From contig NC_043000.1 of assembly GCF_006345805.1 (NCBI RefSeq), positions 4,030,001 through 4,094,000 of the forward strand: a stretch of DNA of 64,000 nucleotides, given 5' to 3'. Position 1 is the first letter of the stretch. Each line of letters starts with the position of its first letter. The DNA is from Octopus sinensis. Its lineage: Eukaryota. Made by a program: the position numbers and the translations under genes. Of this stretch, positions 52,031-63,659 are shown piece after piece. Below the pieces are notes generated by a model, which was not told where the DNA came from, made no database searches, and saw only the letters and a program-made list of their open reading frames with translations.

Positions 52031-52814
52031 ATATAGATTTTGAAAAAATGTTGAGTGAACGGGAAGAGGTAGTGATAAAGAAACACTATATAGAAACACA
52101 AAACACACATTTACATGTGTGTGTGTGTGACTAGTATATGTTTCCTCAAAATATATTTAACGGTTGAAGTATTCACTCTACCATTAAAATATTGATTTCT
52201 AACATCAACTCCAGGCCATATCTACCATTAAAAATGCTGAAATGTTTTAATGGTACCACAGATATCTCATTTATTGTTTTACTCTATAATCTGTGACAAG
52301 CTAACTCCCCTGAAGCGTTAATCAAATTATTTTCTTCCACTGGTTTCATTTTATCTGATAAATTTTATTACATAAAAGAAAACTTCAAACACACACACAC
52401 ACACCATATGCGCGGCCCCTAAGGATAAGGACTTCTGCTGTGATTTTGTGGTGATGAAGCTCTGCTGTGTTGATTAGTGCAGAAAATAAAGTCAGTACTT
52501 AGCATGGAAAGTATAGTGATTAGGTAAGGTTCATAATACGAAAATTAATAAATAAATAACTTGTATGAAAGATGTGACTGAAGGGAGTAAATACATGTTA
52601 ATGTACTCTGTGAATGGGGACCATTAGTCTCTGAGAGGAAGGATGTGTTGGTGCAGTTAAGATAAAATAGTGTGTGGCCATAAGGATGAGCTTCTTAATT
52701 TATTAAATAAAACATGTTTTTATTCTTTCTGGGGAAATAATTATAAAATATGATAACGATGACAACATGGGAGTGTTCAGTAATGATTGTGAACTTGTTA
52801 AACCATATTTACCA

Positions 52815-53047
52815 ATATTGTTTAATATTCTATTCCTTTACCTGTTTCAGTCATTTGGTTGTGGTCATGCTAGAGCACCGTCTTGAAGGATTTTAGTTGA
52901 ACATTTTGTTCCCCAAGGCTTATTATTTTAAAGCCTAGTATTTATTCTATTTGCCCTTTTTGTTGAATCACTAAGTTACGGGGATGTAAACACACCAACA
53001 CCAGTTGTCAAGTGATGGTGGTGGTGGAAAAACATAGACATAAATAC

Positions 53048-53143
<96 letters not shown>

Positions 53144-53912
53144 GAAAGAAAAAAGGTGTTCAGAATGCTGGATGATTGTAAAAATATATATTTATTTACA
53201 TATCCCATTATTTCTTCATATTAGCACTTTCAACTACTCCTGTAGTTTCCTGTCTACCAAATCCACTCACAAGGCTTTGGTCAGCCCAAGGCACTTGCCC
53301 AAGACACTTGCCCAAGGTGCCATGCAGTGGGACTGAACCCAGACCCATGTGGTTGGGGAAGCAAGCTTCTTATTTCTTTACTGCCCACAAGGGGCTAAAC
53401 ACACAGAGGGGATAAACAAGGATAGACAAATGGATTAAGTTGATTATATCGACCCCAGTGCGTAACTGGTACTTATTTAATCGACCCTGAAAGGATGAAA
53501 AGCAAAGTGGATCTCAGTGGAATTTGAACTCAGAACATAGCGGCAGATGAAATACCTATTTCTTTACTACCCTCAAGGGGCTAAACACAGAGAGGACAAA
53601 CAAGGACAGACAAATAGATTAAGTCGATTATATAGATCCCAGTGCGTAACTGGTACTTATGTAATCGACCCCGAAAGGATGAAAGGCAAAGTTGACCTTG
53701 GCGGAATTTGAACTCAGAACGTAGCGGCATACGAAATACCACTAAACATTTTGCCCGCCTCGCTAATGTTTCTGCCAGCTTGTCGCCTTTCAGTCTTCTT
53801 TCAGCTTCTGTCCATCAAATCCACTCACAAGGTTTTGGTCAGCCCAAGGTGCCATACAATTGGACTGAACCTAGACCCATGTGGTTGGGGAACAAGCTTC
53901 TTACCACACAGC
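52815..53912 (-). mobile_element. SINE family B with an inserted SINE family A dimer (53370-53787) and a duplicated 5' segment
   Basis: Dimer junction GAAATAC-CTATTTC at ~53550; AATCCACTCACAAGG...CAAGCTTCTT present on both sides. Confidence 0.75.
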
Positions 53913-54410
53913 CAAGTCTGCGCCTATGTATAGTATGTTTGGAGATTATGTAGCACCACTTCCACCCCTGACGTTTCTTCTCTTAGGCCACAGACGTGTT
54001 CAGTCAGAGTAGTCGAGACAGCTACTTCTGTTTGCTATTTTATGTCACTATCAGACTGTCCAAATATTTTCATTCCATCCATTCAACAATCAAAGGAAAC
54101 TGCCATCAGTTCACTTTCTCTTCCTGTCTCAACACCACCACCACCACCACCATTCAATCATCTAGTTCCATTATGTCTTTGATCAATCCTTGTTTCCCTA
54201 CCTACCTGTCCCGTCCCACCCCCATCACTCCCCACTGCCATTAACAGCAATAACCAGAGCTAATTGAAGATTTTCACATCCTCCAGAGAGAAAAATAAGC
54301 TGCAGTTCCATTAAAAAACAATTCAGCAAATTCTTATCTTCTCTGCAGACATGCAACGTTTTCTGCTAGATTTTTATCTTACATGTTATATTATTTATAT
54401 ATTACACACT

Positions 54411-54840
54411 CACACACACAACCTCTGTGCATTAGCATACATGCAACAAACGTAGTCTCAAATTCATATACACTCACCATCACAATTTCTGTACGCATGT
54501 GCATACATCAATTTAAGACCACATTGGCACACACTTGCACATACACTGTTTCATACACACACAACCTCTGTGCATTAACATACACGCAACAAACGTAGTC
54601 TCAAATTCATATACACTCACCATCACAATTTCTGTACACATGTGCATACATCAATTTAAGACCACATTGGCACACACTTGCACATACACTGTTTCATACA
54701 CACACAACCTCTGTGCATTAACATACACGCGACAAACGTAGTCTCAAATTCATATACACTCACCATCACAATTTCTGTATGCATGTGCATACATCAATTT
54801 AAAACCACATTTGCACACACTTGCACGTACTGTTTCTCTC
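54411..54840. repeat. 143-bp tandem repeat, 3 copies
   Basis: ACCTCTGTGCATTA at 54421, 54564 and 54707. Confidence 0.92.
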
Positions 54841-55114
54841 ACACATACACACACACACACATTTATGCACATATGTACAGACTCCTTACCTTGTCGTGTT
54901 TGAATCAGATCCATTATATAAGTAAAATATTTAATATTTCTGTATCTTCTAGTCAACACATTATATATTTGTAGTAAGAAAAAGAAAAATTCTGTTATCA
55001 TGCAGCAGGGGTCCCCCAAACTTTTTATACCATCAATCCTTTATAATTTTAAACAAACTAAAAGTATACATTATTTACATTTGACGGATATTTGTCCTCA
55101 TCTTGTTTGTTGTT

Positions 55115-55161
55115 AACACAACGTTTCGGTGATATACCCTCCAGCCTTCATCAGGTGTCTT
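55115..55161 (-). ncRNA. Minimal type I hammerhead ribozyme (1-nt deletion in stem II)
   Basis: AAGACAC CUGAUGA A GGCUG-GAGGGUAUAU-CA(G)CC GAAA CGUU/GUGUU: intact core, palindromic AACGUU stem III, GUU triplet, stem I GACAC:GUGUU. Confidence 0.75.
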
Positions 55162-55414
55162 GGGGAAATTTCAAACCTTGGTTCTCATTCCTAAGGTATT
55201 TTTTGATGTTATTATTATTATTATTCAGGTCACTGCCTGGAATTGAACTCGGAATCTCGGGGTTAGTAGCTCACACCCTTAACCACTATGCCATGGGCTA
55301 CTAACCCCAAGATACTGAGTTCAATTCCAGGCAGTGACCTGAATAATAATAATAATAATAATAATAACATCAAAAAGTACGTTAGGAATGAGAACCCAGG
55401 TTCGAAATTTCCCC

Positions 55415-55460
55415 AAGACACCTAATGACGGCTGGAGGGTATATCAGCCGAAACATGTTA
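55415..55460 (+). ncRNA. Degenerate copy of the same hammerhead (probably inactive)
   Basis: CUAAUGA (G5A), intact GGCUG:CAGCC stem II, GAAAC, short deletion at the cleavage site. Confidence 0.6.
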
Positions 55461-55834
55461 ACAGCAAACGAGATGAGGACAAATATCCGTCAAATGTAAA
55501 TAATGTATACATTTAGTTTGTATAAAATTATAAAATTGTAGGCTATTGCTTTATTGCCACTTATAAACTTTTCAAGTAAATATCAAGCAGGCCGCAAGAT
55601 AAAAGCCTGCGGGCCACAGGTTGGCCAGCCCTGGGTTAAAAGGTTTGAAAGGGACTGATAAACTGGAGAACTGCACCAGGCTCCAGTCATCTGTTTTGGC
55701 TGGATGCCCTTCCTAATGGATTCACATTTGACATTGACCATCCACAGTATCTCTTTTTTCTCTTACACAGGAACTGCGGCCAAGCCGGGGCACCACCTTG
55801 AAGGGTTTAATCCTTTCACATTCACATTATTCTT

Positions 55835-56050
55835 ATTTCTTTATTACCCACAAGGGGCTAAACAGAGGGGACAAACGGATTAAGTCAATTATATTGACCC
55901 CAGTGTGTACCTGGTACTTATTTAATCAACCCCGAAAGGATGAAAGACAAAGTCGGCCTCGGCAGAATTTGAACTCAGAACGTAGCGGCAGACGAAATAC
56001 CGCTAAGCATTTCGCCCAGCATGATAACGATTCTGCCAGCTCGCCACCTT
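55835..56050 (-). mobile_element. SINE family A
   Basis: Reverse complement of the family consensus. Confidence 0.85.
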
Positions 56051-56054
56051 TCAC

Positions 56055-56255
56055 ATTCACATTATTCTGTCAGAAAGTAATGCTTGTCTTTAATTAATCA
56101 TGCATTATCTTGTAGCTTTGAGGTTTTGATGAGATAACTGTTAAATTTTAGACTGATATTGTAGGGTAGGTGTGAGAGGCCATGTCTGGCCAGTTTGACC
56201 ATAAAGCAGGTAGAATATTTGGGCAGCATCTAGTTGGTTTAAATACTAAAGCGTT
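56055..56255. mobile_element. piggyBac-type MITE (P1), degenerate
   Basis: TTAATCATGCATTATCTTGTAGC...TTTAAATACTAAAG body. Confidence 0.6.
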
Positions 56256-56294
56256 AGTCGAGCAAATAAGTAATTATTAATTCTAAGCCCAATA

Positions 56295-56560
56295 TCTATT
56301 ATATAAAATCCGTTCTGTCTGTGTATGTGTGTGTCTTCTAAGATCTTGGGCATCCTCCATCCAATTGCGCTCAGATTTTATATGTAGATACTGACGGTAT
56401 CAGGGTGTGTATAAGTCTTAAAGAAATTACAAAAATCGATTCCAGGTGAGAATGCGATTGATAAAGCCATGGGAACGTGCATTTGCACACGCAAGTACAT
56501 CAGCTGTTGCGATGTACTTACTGGTACTTTAAACTCTTCGGTTGCATATTTGTGTGAATA
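56295..56560 (+). mobile_element. Probable Helitron 5' fragment
   Basis: A|TCTATTATATAAAA...TCTGTCTGTGT start like the other Helitrons; no CTAG end found, so the end coordinate is approximate. Confidence 0.4.
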
Positions 56561-57094
56561 AAATCGTTTTTCTTTGGAATAGAAAAAAAGTCTATCTTTA
56601 TTTCTTCTTATGCTGGTGTCTCAAATTTAGGTTAAATCAGTTTTTCTCAATGGGGAGGCCTAGGGACGGTCGGACAAGTTGTTTTAAGAAAATTTGGTTT
56701 AAATGTTTTGACAACTCAGCACCGTCCATATTGAATTATGTATGAGGTTAATGGTAGCAAAGATCAATGTATAACACTGAAAACCTCAAAGTGAGAACAA
56801 TGTCAAAAGAAATAATAATACAACATTTTTAAATACAAAACTGATTGCCTCACCATCACTTCCACCAATCTTCACCATTACCACCACTACCACAACTGCA
56901 ACCATCATCACAACTGCAATTACAACCACTATTGCAACCACCACCACCACCACCATCACATCTGCAACCTCCACCATCACCACCAACACTGCCACCATCA
57001 CCATCACATCACCACCATCACAACCACCTCACCTCCACCCACCCCCGCCGCTACCACTACCACAACCACCTCCATGACCACCCCCACAATTACC

Positions 57095-57329
57095 TATTTC
57101 TTTACTACCCACAAGGGGCTAAACACAGAGAGGACAAACAAGGACAGACAAACGGATTAAGTCGATTACATCGACCCCCAGTGCGTAACTGGTACTTAAT
57201 TTATCGACCCCGAAAGGATGAAAGGCAAAGTCGACCTCGGCGGAATTTGAACTCAGAACGTAACGGCAGACGAAATACAGCTACGCATTTCGCCCGGCGT
57301 GCTAACGTTTCTGCCAGCTCACCGCCTTA
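57095..57329 (-). mobile_element. Full-length SINE family A
   Basis: 15-bp TSD ACCCCCACAATTACC at 57080 and 57330. Confidence 0.92.
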
Positions 57330-58369
57330 ACCCCCACAATTACCACCACCACCATTATTGATAGCACTCCCATGGTCATTTGTTATTACTGCCATTCCCT
57401 GTCACCACGACAATGACTACTGACACCTACCACGAACGTCACCGTCATCACCACTTGTAAGGTCGTAAGGAATGTTGCCTTCACAAAACTGTGATCATTA
57501 CCTGCACGCCAACACCTTCAACCTCATCTCTGTATTTGCTCAGGTGACAGAATTTGTACATAAAGCTGAAATGAATTTAGATGCTTTAACAAGGATGTGA
57601 TTGTGTGTGGGTGACAGCTGTGATGTGGTGAAGTCTGTGTGTCATACCTTGCGAATGTGTTCAACAGAAGCCCCAATAATCAACCTGAAACCAACAGCAC
57701 GCAAGTGACAATTAAAAATAATGTAGCCATGCACCACTTGTTTAATGTAATCTGTGGTTGCAATCATAGTTGTAAAGTGCAGCTGTATGCTTTGTACAGT
57801 GACACCGAAGGCATGGCGACGGTGGCAGCAAAGTGCAGGATAATTACTTTCAGATTTCATTATATTTAATTACTTTGACACTACAAATAATTTGATTTTA
57901 CACCTTTTCAATTTGCTTTCTCTCTCTTTTTCTCTCTCTCTCTCCTCATCTACATGTGCACACACGCACACACACGCATATATATATATATACATACACA
58001 CAAACTCATGTATACACACATACATATGCATATATGATGCATCTATCTATTTATCTAATTATCTCTGTATACACATACACACATGTGTATTTAAATTTTG
58101 CACATTATTTTTTCCTTCCTTTTTGCCCCATAATTTAAAACGAAAATATGGTTTTTAAATGATGAGAAATTCAGCCTTGTTGTGAAGAGAGGACAATGGT
58201 TACAACACAGGATTTTATCTCCCTATGGACAGAAAAAAAAAGGGATCTGACTGACTGGTTTCTAGTCTTCTTAGACATCAGCGAAAGAACACCCACCTTA
58301 TATCTACAGAAAGATGTTTAGCTTATAACTATTTATACTGTGTGAGTGTGTGTGTGTTTAAATGTTAAT

Positions 58370-58725
58370 CATCATCTTTTAATATCTTCCATGCTGGCAT
58401 GGGTTGGACGGTTCGACTGGGGTCTGGGAAGCCAGGAGGTTGCACCAGGCCGCAATCTAATCTGGCAGTGTTTCTACAGCTGGAGGCCCTTCCTAATGCC
58501 TACCACTGTGAAAGTGTATTGGGTGCTTTTTATGTGCCACCAGCACAGGGGCCAGAGGAGCTGGCATTGACCACGATCAGATGGTGCTTTTTACATGCCA
58601 CTGGCACGGAAGTCAGTCAAAGTGGCACTGGCATCGGCCACATTCGGATGATGCTTTTTATGTGCTACCGGCATGGGGGTCACAGCTACAATTTCCATTT
58701 GATTTGATTTTCATGTTGATGTACT
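58370..58725 (-). mobile_element. RTE 3' UTR and tail element
   Basis: TCCATGCTGGCATGGGTTGGAC...GCCCTTCCTAATG; TTTTATGTGCCAC modules. Confidence 0.8.
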
Positions 58726-58954
58726 TGACTCAGTAGGTCTCCTCAAGTACAGAAGAAAATTTGGGTGGGAGTAGTAGAGGACTGGTCTCAAAAACTAAAT
58801 CTCTGTTAGGAGACAACAACAGATAAGATCTTGCTGTACTAGAGAAGACCTATTAAACCCATGCAAGTATGGGAAAATAAATGTAAAATGATGATATATT
58901 CACACACACACACACACACACCACACACACAATCTCTCTTCTCTCTCTCTCTCT

Positions 58955-59004
<50 letters not shown>

Positions 59005-59596
59005 TACACATATATACATAATATATCACACCTACACATATATATAGCAATCAGAAACTATTGACCGTGGAAAAAAAACTACAGAGTGGAAAATGAAATG
59101 TTGCTATAGTTGTTGTTGGCGTAGTAATTTTTTTTAATATAAATATTTGCCTTCTGCTTTTACCATGATATATTGCTTTCCTGTAATTTATGGATTGTCT
59201 ATCTACTACCTGGATGCTAGTGTCAGTATTGGTGATATAGCTTCTGTCAACTGTGCAACATTGTTCTGACATTTCATTCATTATTATTTGAACTGGAAAA
59301 CTGAAAAGAAAGGAAAATAATTCTGTTTAGAGATATTCTATATCCCATTGCATGATTCACCAAATATTCAATGTTGCTTTTGTAAAATTACAATAGTTAT
59401 TAGACAGTGGCGAAATTCAGTTCATATGTGAATGCCCCATCTAAATCTTCAAGGGTATTTTCAGAGGTTACTAGTACGTTTCTAGCCTTGCTTTGATGGT
59501 GTTTAACGAGATGAAAGATAAATTTCCCTTCGTATGGAATGCTTGCCTATTGCAAGTAACATTTTTGGATTGATTTTGTGTTTGTGTGTGTTTGTT

Positions 59597-59632
<36 letters not shown>

Positions 59633-59680
59633 CTTTATTTAAAAGCAGCAGAAATTTAACAAAGGCTGTTACAAAAGCTG

Positions 59681-59737
59681 TTAACAAAACTGTCTGTTGA
59701 ACGGGAACGGGAAACTCCGAGTAACAGCTTTTGTTAA
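59681..59737 (+). ncRNA. Hammerhead-ribozyme-like motif with a variant core (A6U)
   Basis: UUAACAAAA-CUGU CUGUUGA ACGGGAACGG GAAA CUCCGA GUA/ACAG-C-UUUUGUUAA; stem I of 13 bp with one bulge. Confidence 0.5.
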
Positions 59738-59849
59738 ATTTCTGCTGCTTTTAAATAAAGCATATTACTCTACCTCTGGTATTTGAGTACTCTTTTTTTC
59801 CACCTTGTTTTACATTTATGTGTTTACTCCGGTATATATATACATATAT

Positions 59850-59894
<45 letters not shown>

Positions 59895-60681
59895 TACATA
59901 CATACACTCACACACACACACACACACACATACATACATACCACCTGACAGCTTAAGGAACTGAGGTAATAAAGAATAGTGTATTCTGTCTAGAAACACA
60001 ATAGTGAAGAGTAGAGCTAAGACTCCACTTGGGTAGAAGATAACTCTATGTCAGATAATATTCTCAAACAATCTAATATCTTGTCATCCTGACAGTTAGA
60101 TGAATTGGGTTAATACAGAATATAATGTTCTTCATAGAAACTCAGTGATACGCCAGCAGGGTAGCTGGGTTGTCCAGTACTTTATCCACTCAGTTATCAC
60201 ACTATTACAATTACAGCAGAGATGTGGTTCTAGAGTTATAGTAGCGTATCCCACTTGATAGATTGACTTGATATCCTGCTCCTATGTCAATTGAGCAGGG
60301 CTTGTCCTCCTGTTAATCTATACACTTTAATCGAATACCTAAGAATGATGGTATATGTTTCTGATTTATCACAGTATCTCTAATACATAGATTACTACAT
60401 TAATGTTGCATTATATTGCAGTTAAGAAAATGCCATCCAAGAAGCATTTGTATTGCTATGACATTGTTTGGGAGCTGTTCCCATGCTTGTAAATTTATCT
60501 TGCTTTTCTTGACAAAATGTTATTCAATGTTCAAAACGTCTGTGTTAGATAATTCACTTATCCTCCATGTTTCATTTTCCAGGAAGACTGTATGTGCTTT
60601 AAACATATAAATATAATTTAGCATACTGAACGTTTTGGTATATCAGTGATGATATATTCGTATTTTTTCCCCCTTTAACAG

Positions 60682-60776
60682 TTGTCAAACTAACGCCAGA
60701 ATACAAATTAGCTCGCTCACATTTAACTAAAGGATATGTTCCAAGTGACTATGATCTACTTCTTACACCACGATAA
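60682..60776 (+). CDS. Candidate terminal exon (xVKLTPEYKLARSHLTKGYVPSDYDLLLTPR*)
   Basis: Strong ttttttccccctttaacag acceptor, only one open frame; no family recognised. Confidence 0.25.
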
Positions 60777-61052
60777 AGTTGAAGGAATTCCCACAAGGTT
60801 TAATATATTGAAAATTACAGTTAATGCAATTCTAAAATTATGTTGAGATCTTCGTTATAAAGATAGAAAAATACCTTAGTATATTGGAAACTGTTGTTCT
60901 CATACCTTGTAACCATGTTGGTAATGTCAGCTATGGTATATTGTGCTAGAGCTACACTAAACACATAACACTGACTGAGTGAATCTAAACTTGAAATATT
61001 GTTATGTAGGTGACATGCCATTAATGTATGTAGGTTGGGTACATGTTTTTAA

Positions 61053-61253
61053 CTCTTTCGTTACCAACCCGGCCAGTATTAATGTCTTGTTTTCATAAGT
61101 TTTCCATTAAAATCTTCCACCAAACCTTAGTTGCAATTTATGTTCCTAACACTAGCTTAATGATAAGTAAGTTATTTTACTAGATTCTTTATTATATCTA
61201 AAATAATTGAAAGAAACACAGAGCATCTCAAATTAAATATAGTAACGAAAGGG
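61053..61253. mobile_element. piggyBac-type MITE (P2, opposite orientation)
   Basis: TTAA flanks; CTCTTTCGTTAC / GTAACGAAAGGG. Confidence 0.85.
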
Positions 61254-61543
61254 TTAATGAATGTAGCTTACATGATCAATGCAGGCAGTACACTGTGGCA
61301 GTGTCGAAACAGTCAAGGTACACTGTAACAGTGTCATATAGCTATGGTACATGGGCAACTGCTAGTAGAGGTGAAGGTTGAAGTGATAGCCTGAACCCTT
61401 TAGTTACCAAATTTCTGTTCAAATACATTGTCTTTGTTTCAATTACTTTGGAAAATAATGAAGAATTTTCTAATGTAATTCTACCATTATTAAGCTGGTG
61501 TTTCAAACACAAATTAACATGAAATTTTGATGGAAGGTTTTTA

Positions 61544-61751
61544 CCCTTTAGTATTCAAATTACTTTGTCAACTATAATGCTTGTTTATTTATTTATATTG
61601 TTTTGAATGAATCATGCATTATCTCAGTAATGTGATTATTTAGTGTTAGAATGGCATTGTAGGGTTGAGGTGAGAGGCTGGATCTGGCCAGTTTCAACTT
61701 AAAACAGGTTAAATATTTTGGCTGGATATGTCCAGTTTGAATGCTGAATGG
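61544..61751. mobile_element. piggyBac-type MITE (P1) nested in an older P2-like element starting at ~61395
   Basis: P1 body; right TTAA at 61752; the host begins CCCTTTAGTTAC. Confidence 0.65.
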
Positions 61752-62120
61752 TTAATTTAGATCACTTTTAGACACCATAGTTCATACCATAGAACCAGGA
61801 GCAGTCTTGGATGCAATGGTATTGAAATGGTAAGGTAGTTTGGGAAGATGGTACCAGAGGTATTAAAATCACCTCTATTTCTGAATGTATCTTAAATCCT
61901 ATATCACTAGAGATGTTGAAATCCCTATATCACCCAAGTTGTTATCTCCTGTACTATTGGAGTTGTTCTGATCTGCACCCATGTCTCTGGAGTGAATAAT
62001 CCCCTACATTATTGTAGGTTTTATAATCCCCAGCCTACATAGATGTATTGGGAATCCTCTGTACCTTTTTAAGTTCACTTTACTATTCTTACTTTTATTT
62101 TTTGCTCACAGTAAAACATA

Positions 62121-62537
62121 GGCGCAGGAGTGGCTGTGTGGTAGGTAGCTTGCTAACCAACCACATGGTTCCGGGTTCAGTCCCACTGCGTGGCACCTTG
62201 GGCAAGTGTCTTCTGCTATAGCCCCGGGCCGACCAATGCCTTGTGAGTGGATTTGGTAGACGGAAACTGAAAGAAGCCTGTCGTATATATATGTATATAT
62301 ATATATATATATGTGTGTGTATGTGTTTGTGTGTCTGTGTTTGTCCCCCTAGCATTGCTTGACAACCGATGCTGGTGTGTTTACGTCCCCGTCACTTAGC
62401 GGTTTGGCAAAAGAGACCGATAGAATAAGTACTGGGCTTACAAAGAATAAGTCCCGGAGTCGATATGCTCGACTAAAGGCGGTGCTCCAGCATGGCCGCA
62501 GTCAAATGACTGAAACAAGTAAAAGAGTAAAAGAGTA
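62121..62537 (+). mobile_element. Full-length SINE family B
   Basis: Nearly identical to 22108-22532. Confidence 0.92.
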
Positions 62538-63021
62538 ATTTATTCGACTTGTTAAACTTCTTGGTCTGCTGACCATTGCTAGTTCCCTCAAATTATTCTG
62601 GTTTACTATATCATACGCTTATCAAGGTGAAATGCTGAAATTTTTATTCTTGAAAATGACAACCTCCTTCCGCCCTTCCCCCACTCACACATGCATACAT
62701 GCGCACACATACATGTGCAGGCTATGAGTTTAGTCATGTCATTGCAATTGAAGTGTATTTAGCTGAATATTGTTGCAGCTACAAAATATAATTTTAAAAA
62801 GAAGAAAAAAAAAAAAAAAAATTAATCTATCTTGTAGATTTGGTGGATGAACAAAGAGAATTGAGAATATTTATCTAAAAACTAGACTTTATTGATTTTC
62901 AATATAAAATTGAAGAGAAACTTACTGTTATTGTATCCCATGTCAATACATAATGGAATTGTGATATATTTTACAAAAACATTCAACATCCTTTCCCTCT
63001 CTTACTCTCTTCATCATCATC

Positions 63022-63065
<44 letters not shown>

Positions 63066-63156
63066 ATCCTCTCTACCACAAATCTCTCTCTTTCTGTTTC
63101 ATCCCCCACTTCAGGTTCTGATCAGATTATATCTATTCAACATAGCTATTTCAGTC

Positions 63157-63205
<49 letters not shown>

Positions 63206-63470
63206 GTGCCACACTGGTTTGTATTTAAATTATTTCTTGGACAGGTTTCCTCATTTCACTACTATTGATTATATAATTCACTGACAAGGAGAGGACAAAC
63301 AAAAGAACAAGGGACAGAAGCCAGGGAATAGGAAGCAGTTACCTGATAATATCATATAAGGCATCGGGAGATTGTTAATATTTTGTATAATTGGGCAGCA
63401 GAGAATCAGTAGAAAAAGTATGACTGCATATTGGACTAAATGTGTGACAAAATTTAATTTTATTCTCTCT

Positions 63471-63529
<59 letters not shown>

Positions 63530-63624
63530 GTATTCCCTTCTGGTCATTCAATATGTGACTGTGTGTGTATCATTGGCGATTTTCTTTCTCTGTCTTCCCT
63601 TCCTTGGATCTTTCCTTTTTCTAT

Positions 63625-63659
63625 GTTTCTGACAAAGAGCTCCACTTGAAACATTAAAT
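63625..63659 (+). ncRNA. CpG-decayed minimal hammerhead ribozyme in a probable Penelope-type terminal repeat (~63550-63765)
   Basis: GUUU CUGACAA AGAGC UCC ACUU GAAA CAUU AAAU; reverting four CpG-type transitions gives CUGACGA, GAGC:GCUC, GAAACGUU. Confidence 0.5.

Larger units (their letters stand above)
55040..55534. mobile_element. Head-to-head inverted pair of a tRNA-headed element with a Penelope-type hammerhead tail
   Basis: Arms of about 230 bp around a 26-nt spacer (55271-55296); minus-strand head with TGGCATAGTGG A-box and GAGTTCAATTCC B-box, then (AAT)n and the hammerhead segment. Confidence 0.85.
55006..55633. mobile_element. Probable hAT-type MITE ends enclosing the palindrome
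   Basis: CAGGGGTCCCCCAAAC left end; GCGGGCCACAGGTTGGCCAGCCCTG right end; no 8-bp TSD found. Confidence 0.4.

Noticed and set aside
55225-55296. SINE heads as functional tRNA genes (here and in families A-C)
   Set aside because: A and B boxes are present but there is no complete cloverleaf or acceptor stem, and each continues into a repeat body
56790-57330. 161-aa Pro/His-rich ORF
   Set aside because: Low-complexity (CAC/CAT) tract fused to the antisense strand of a SINE
15783-57596. Further + strand exon candidates (15783-15818, 22641-22690, 26616-26709, 57544-57596)
   Set aside because: Individually plausible but not phase-linked to the 5.5-10.4 kb chain; RNA data needed
60700-60760. SH3-like ARSHLTKGYVPSDY motif
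   Set aside because: Lacks the conserved Trp and upstream SH3 motifs; resemblance may be chance
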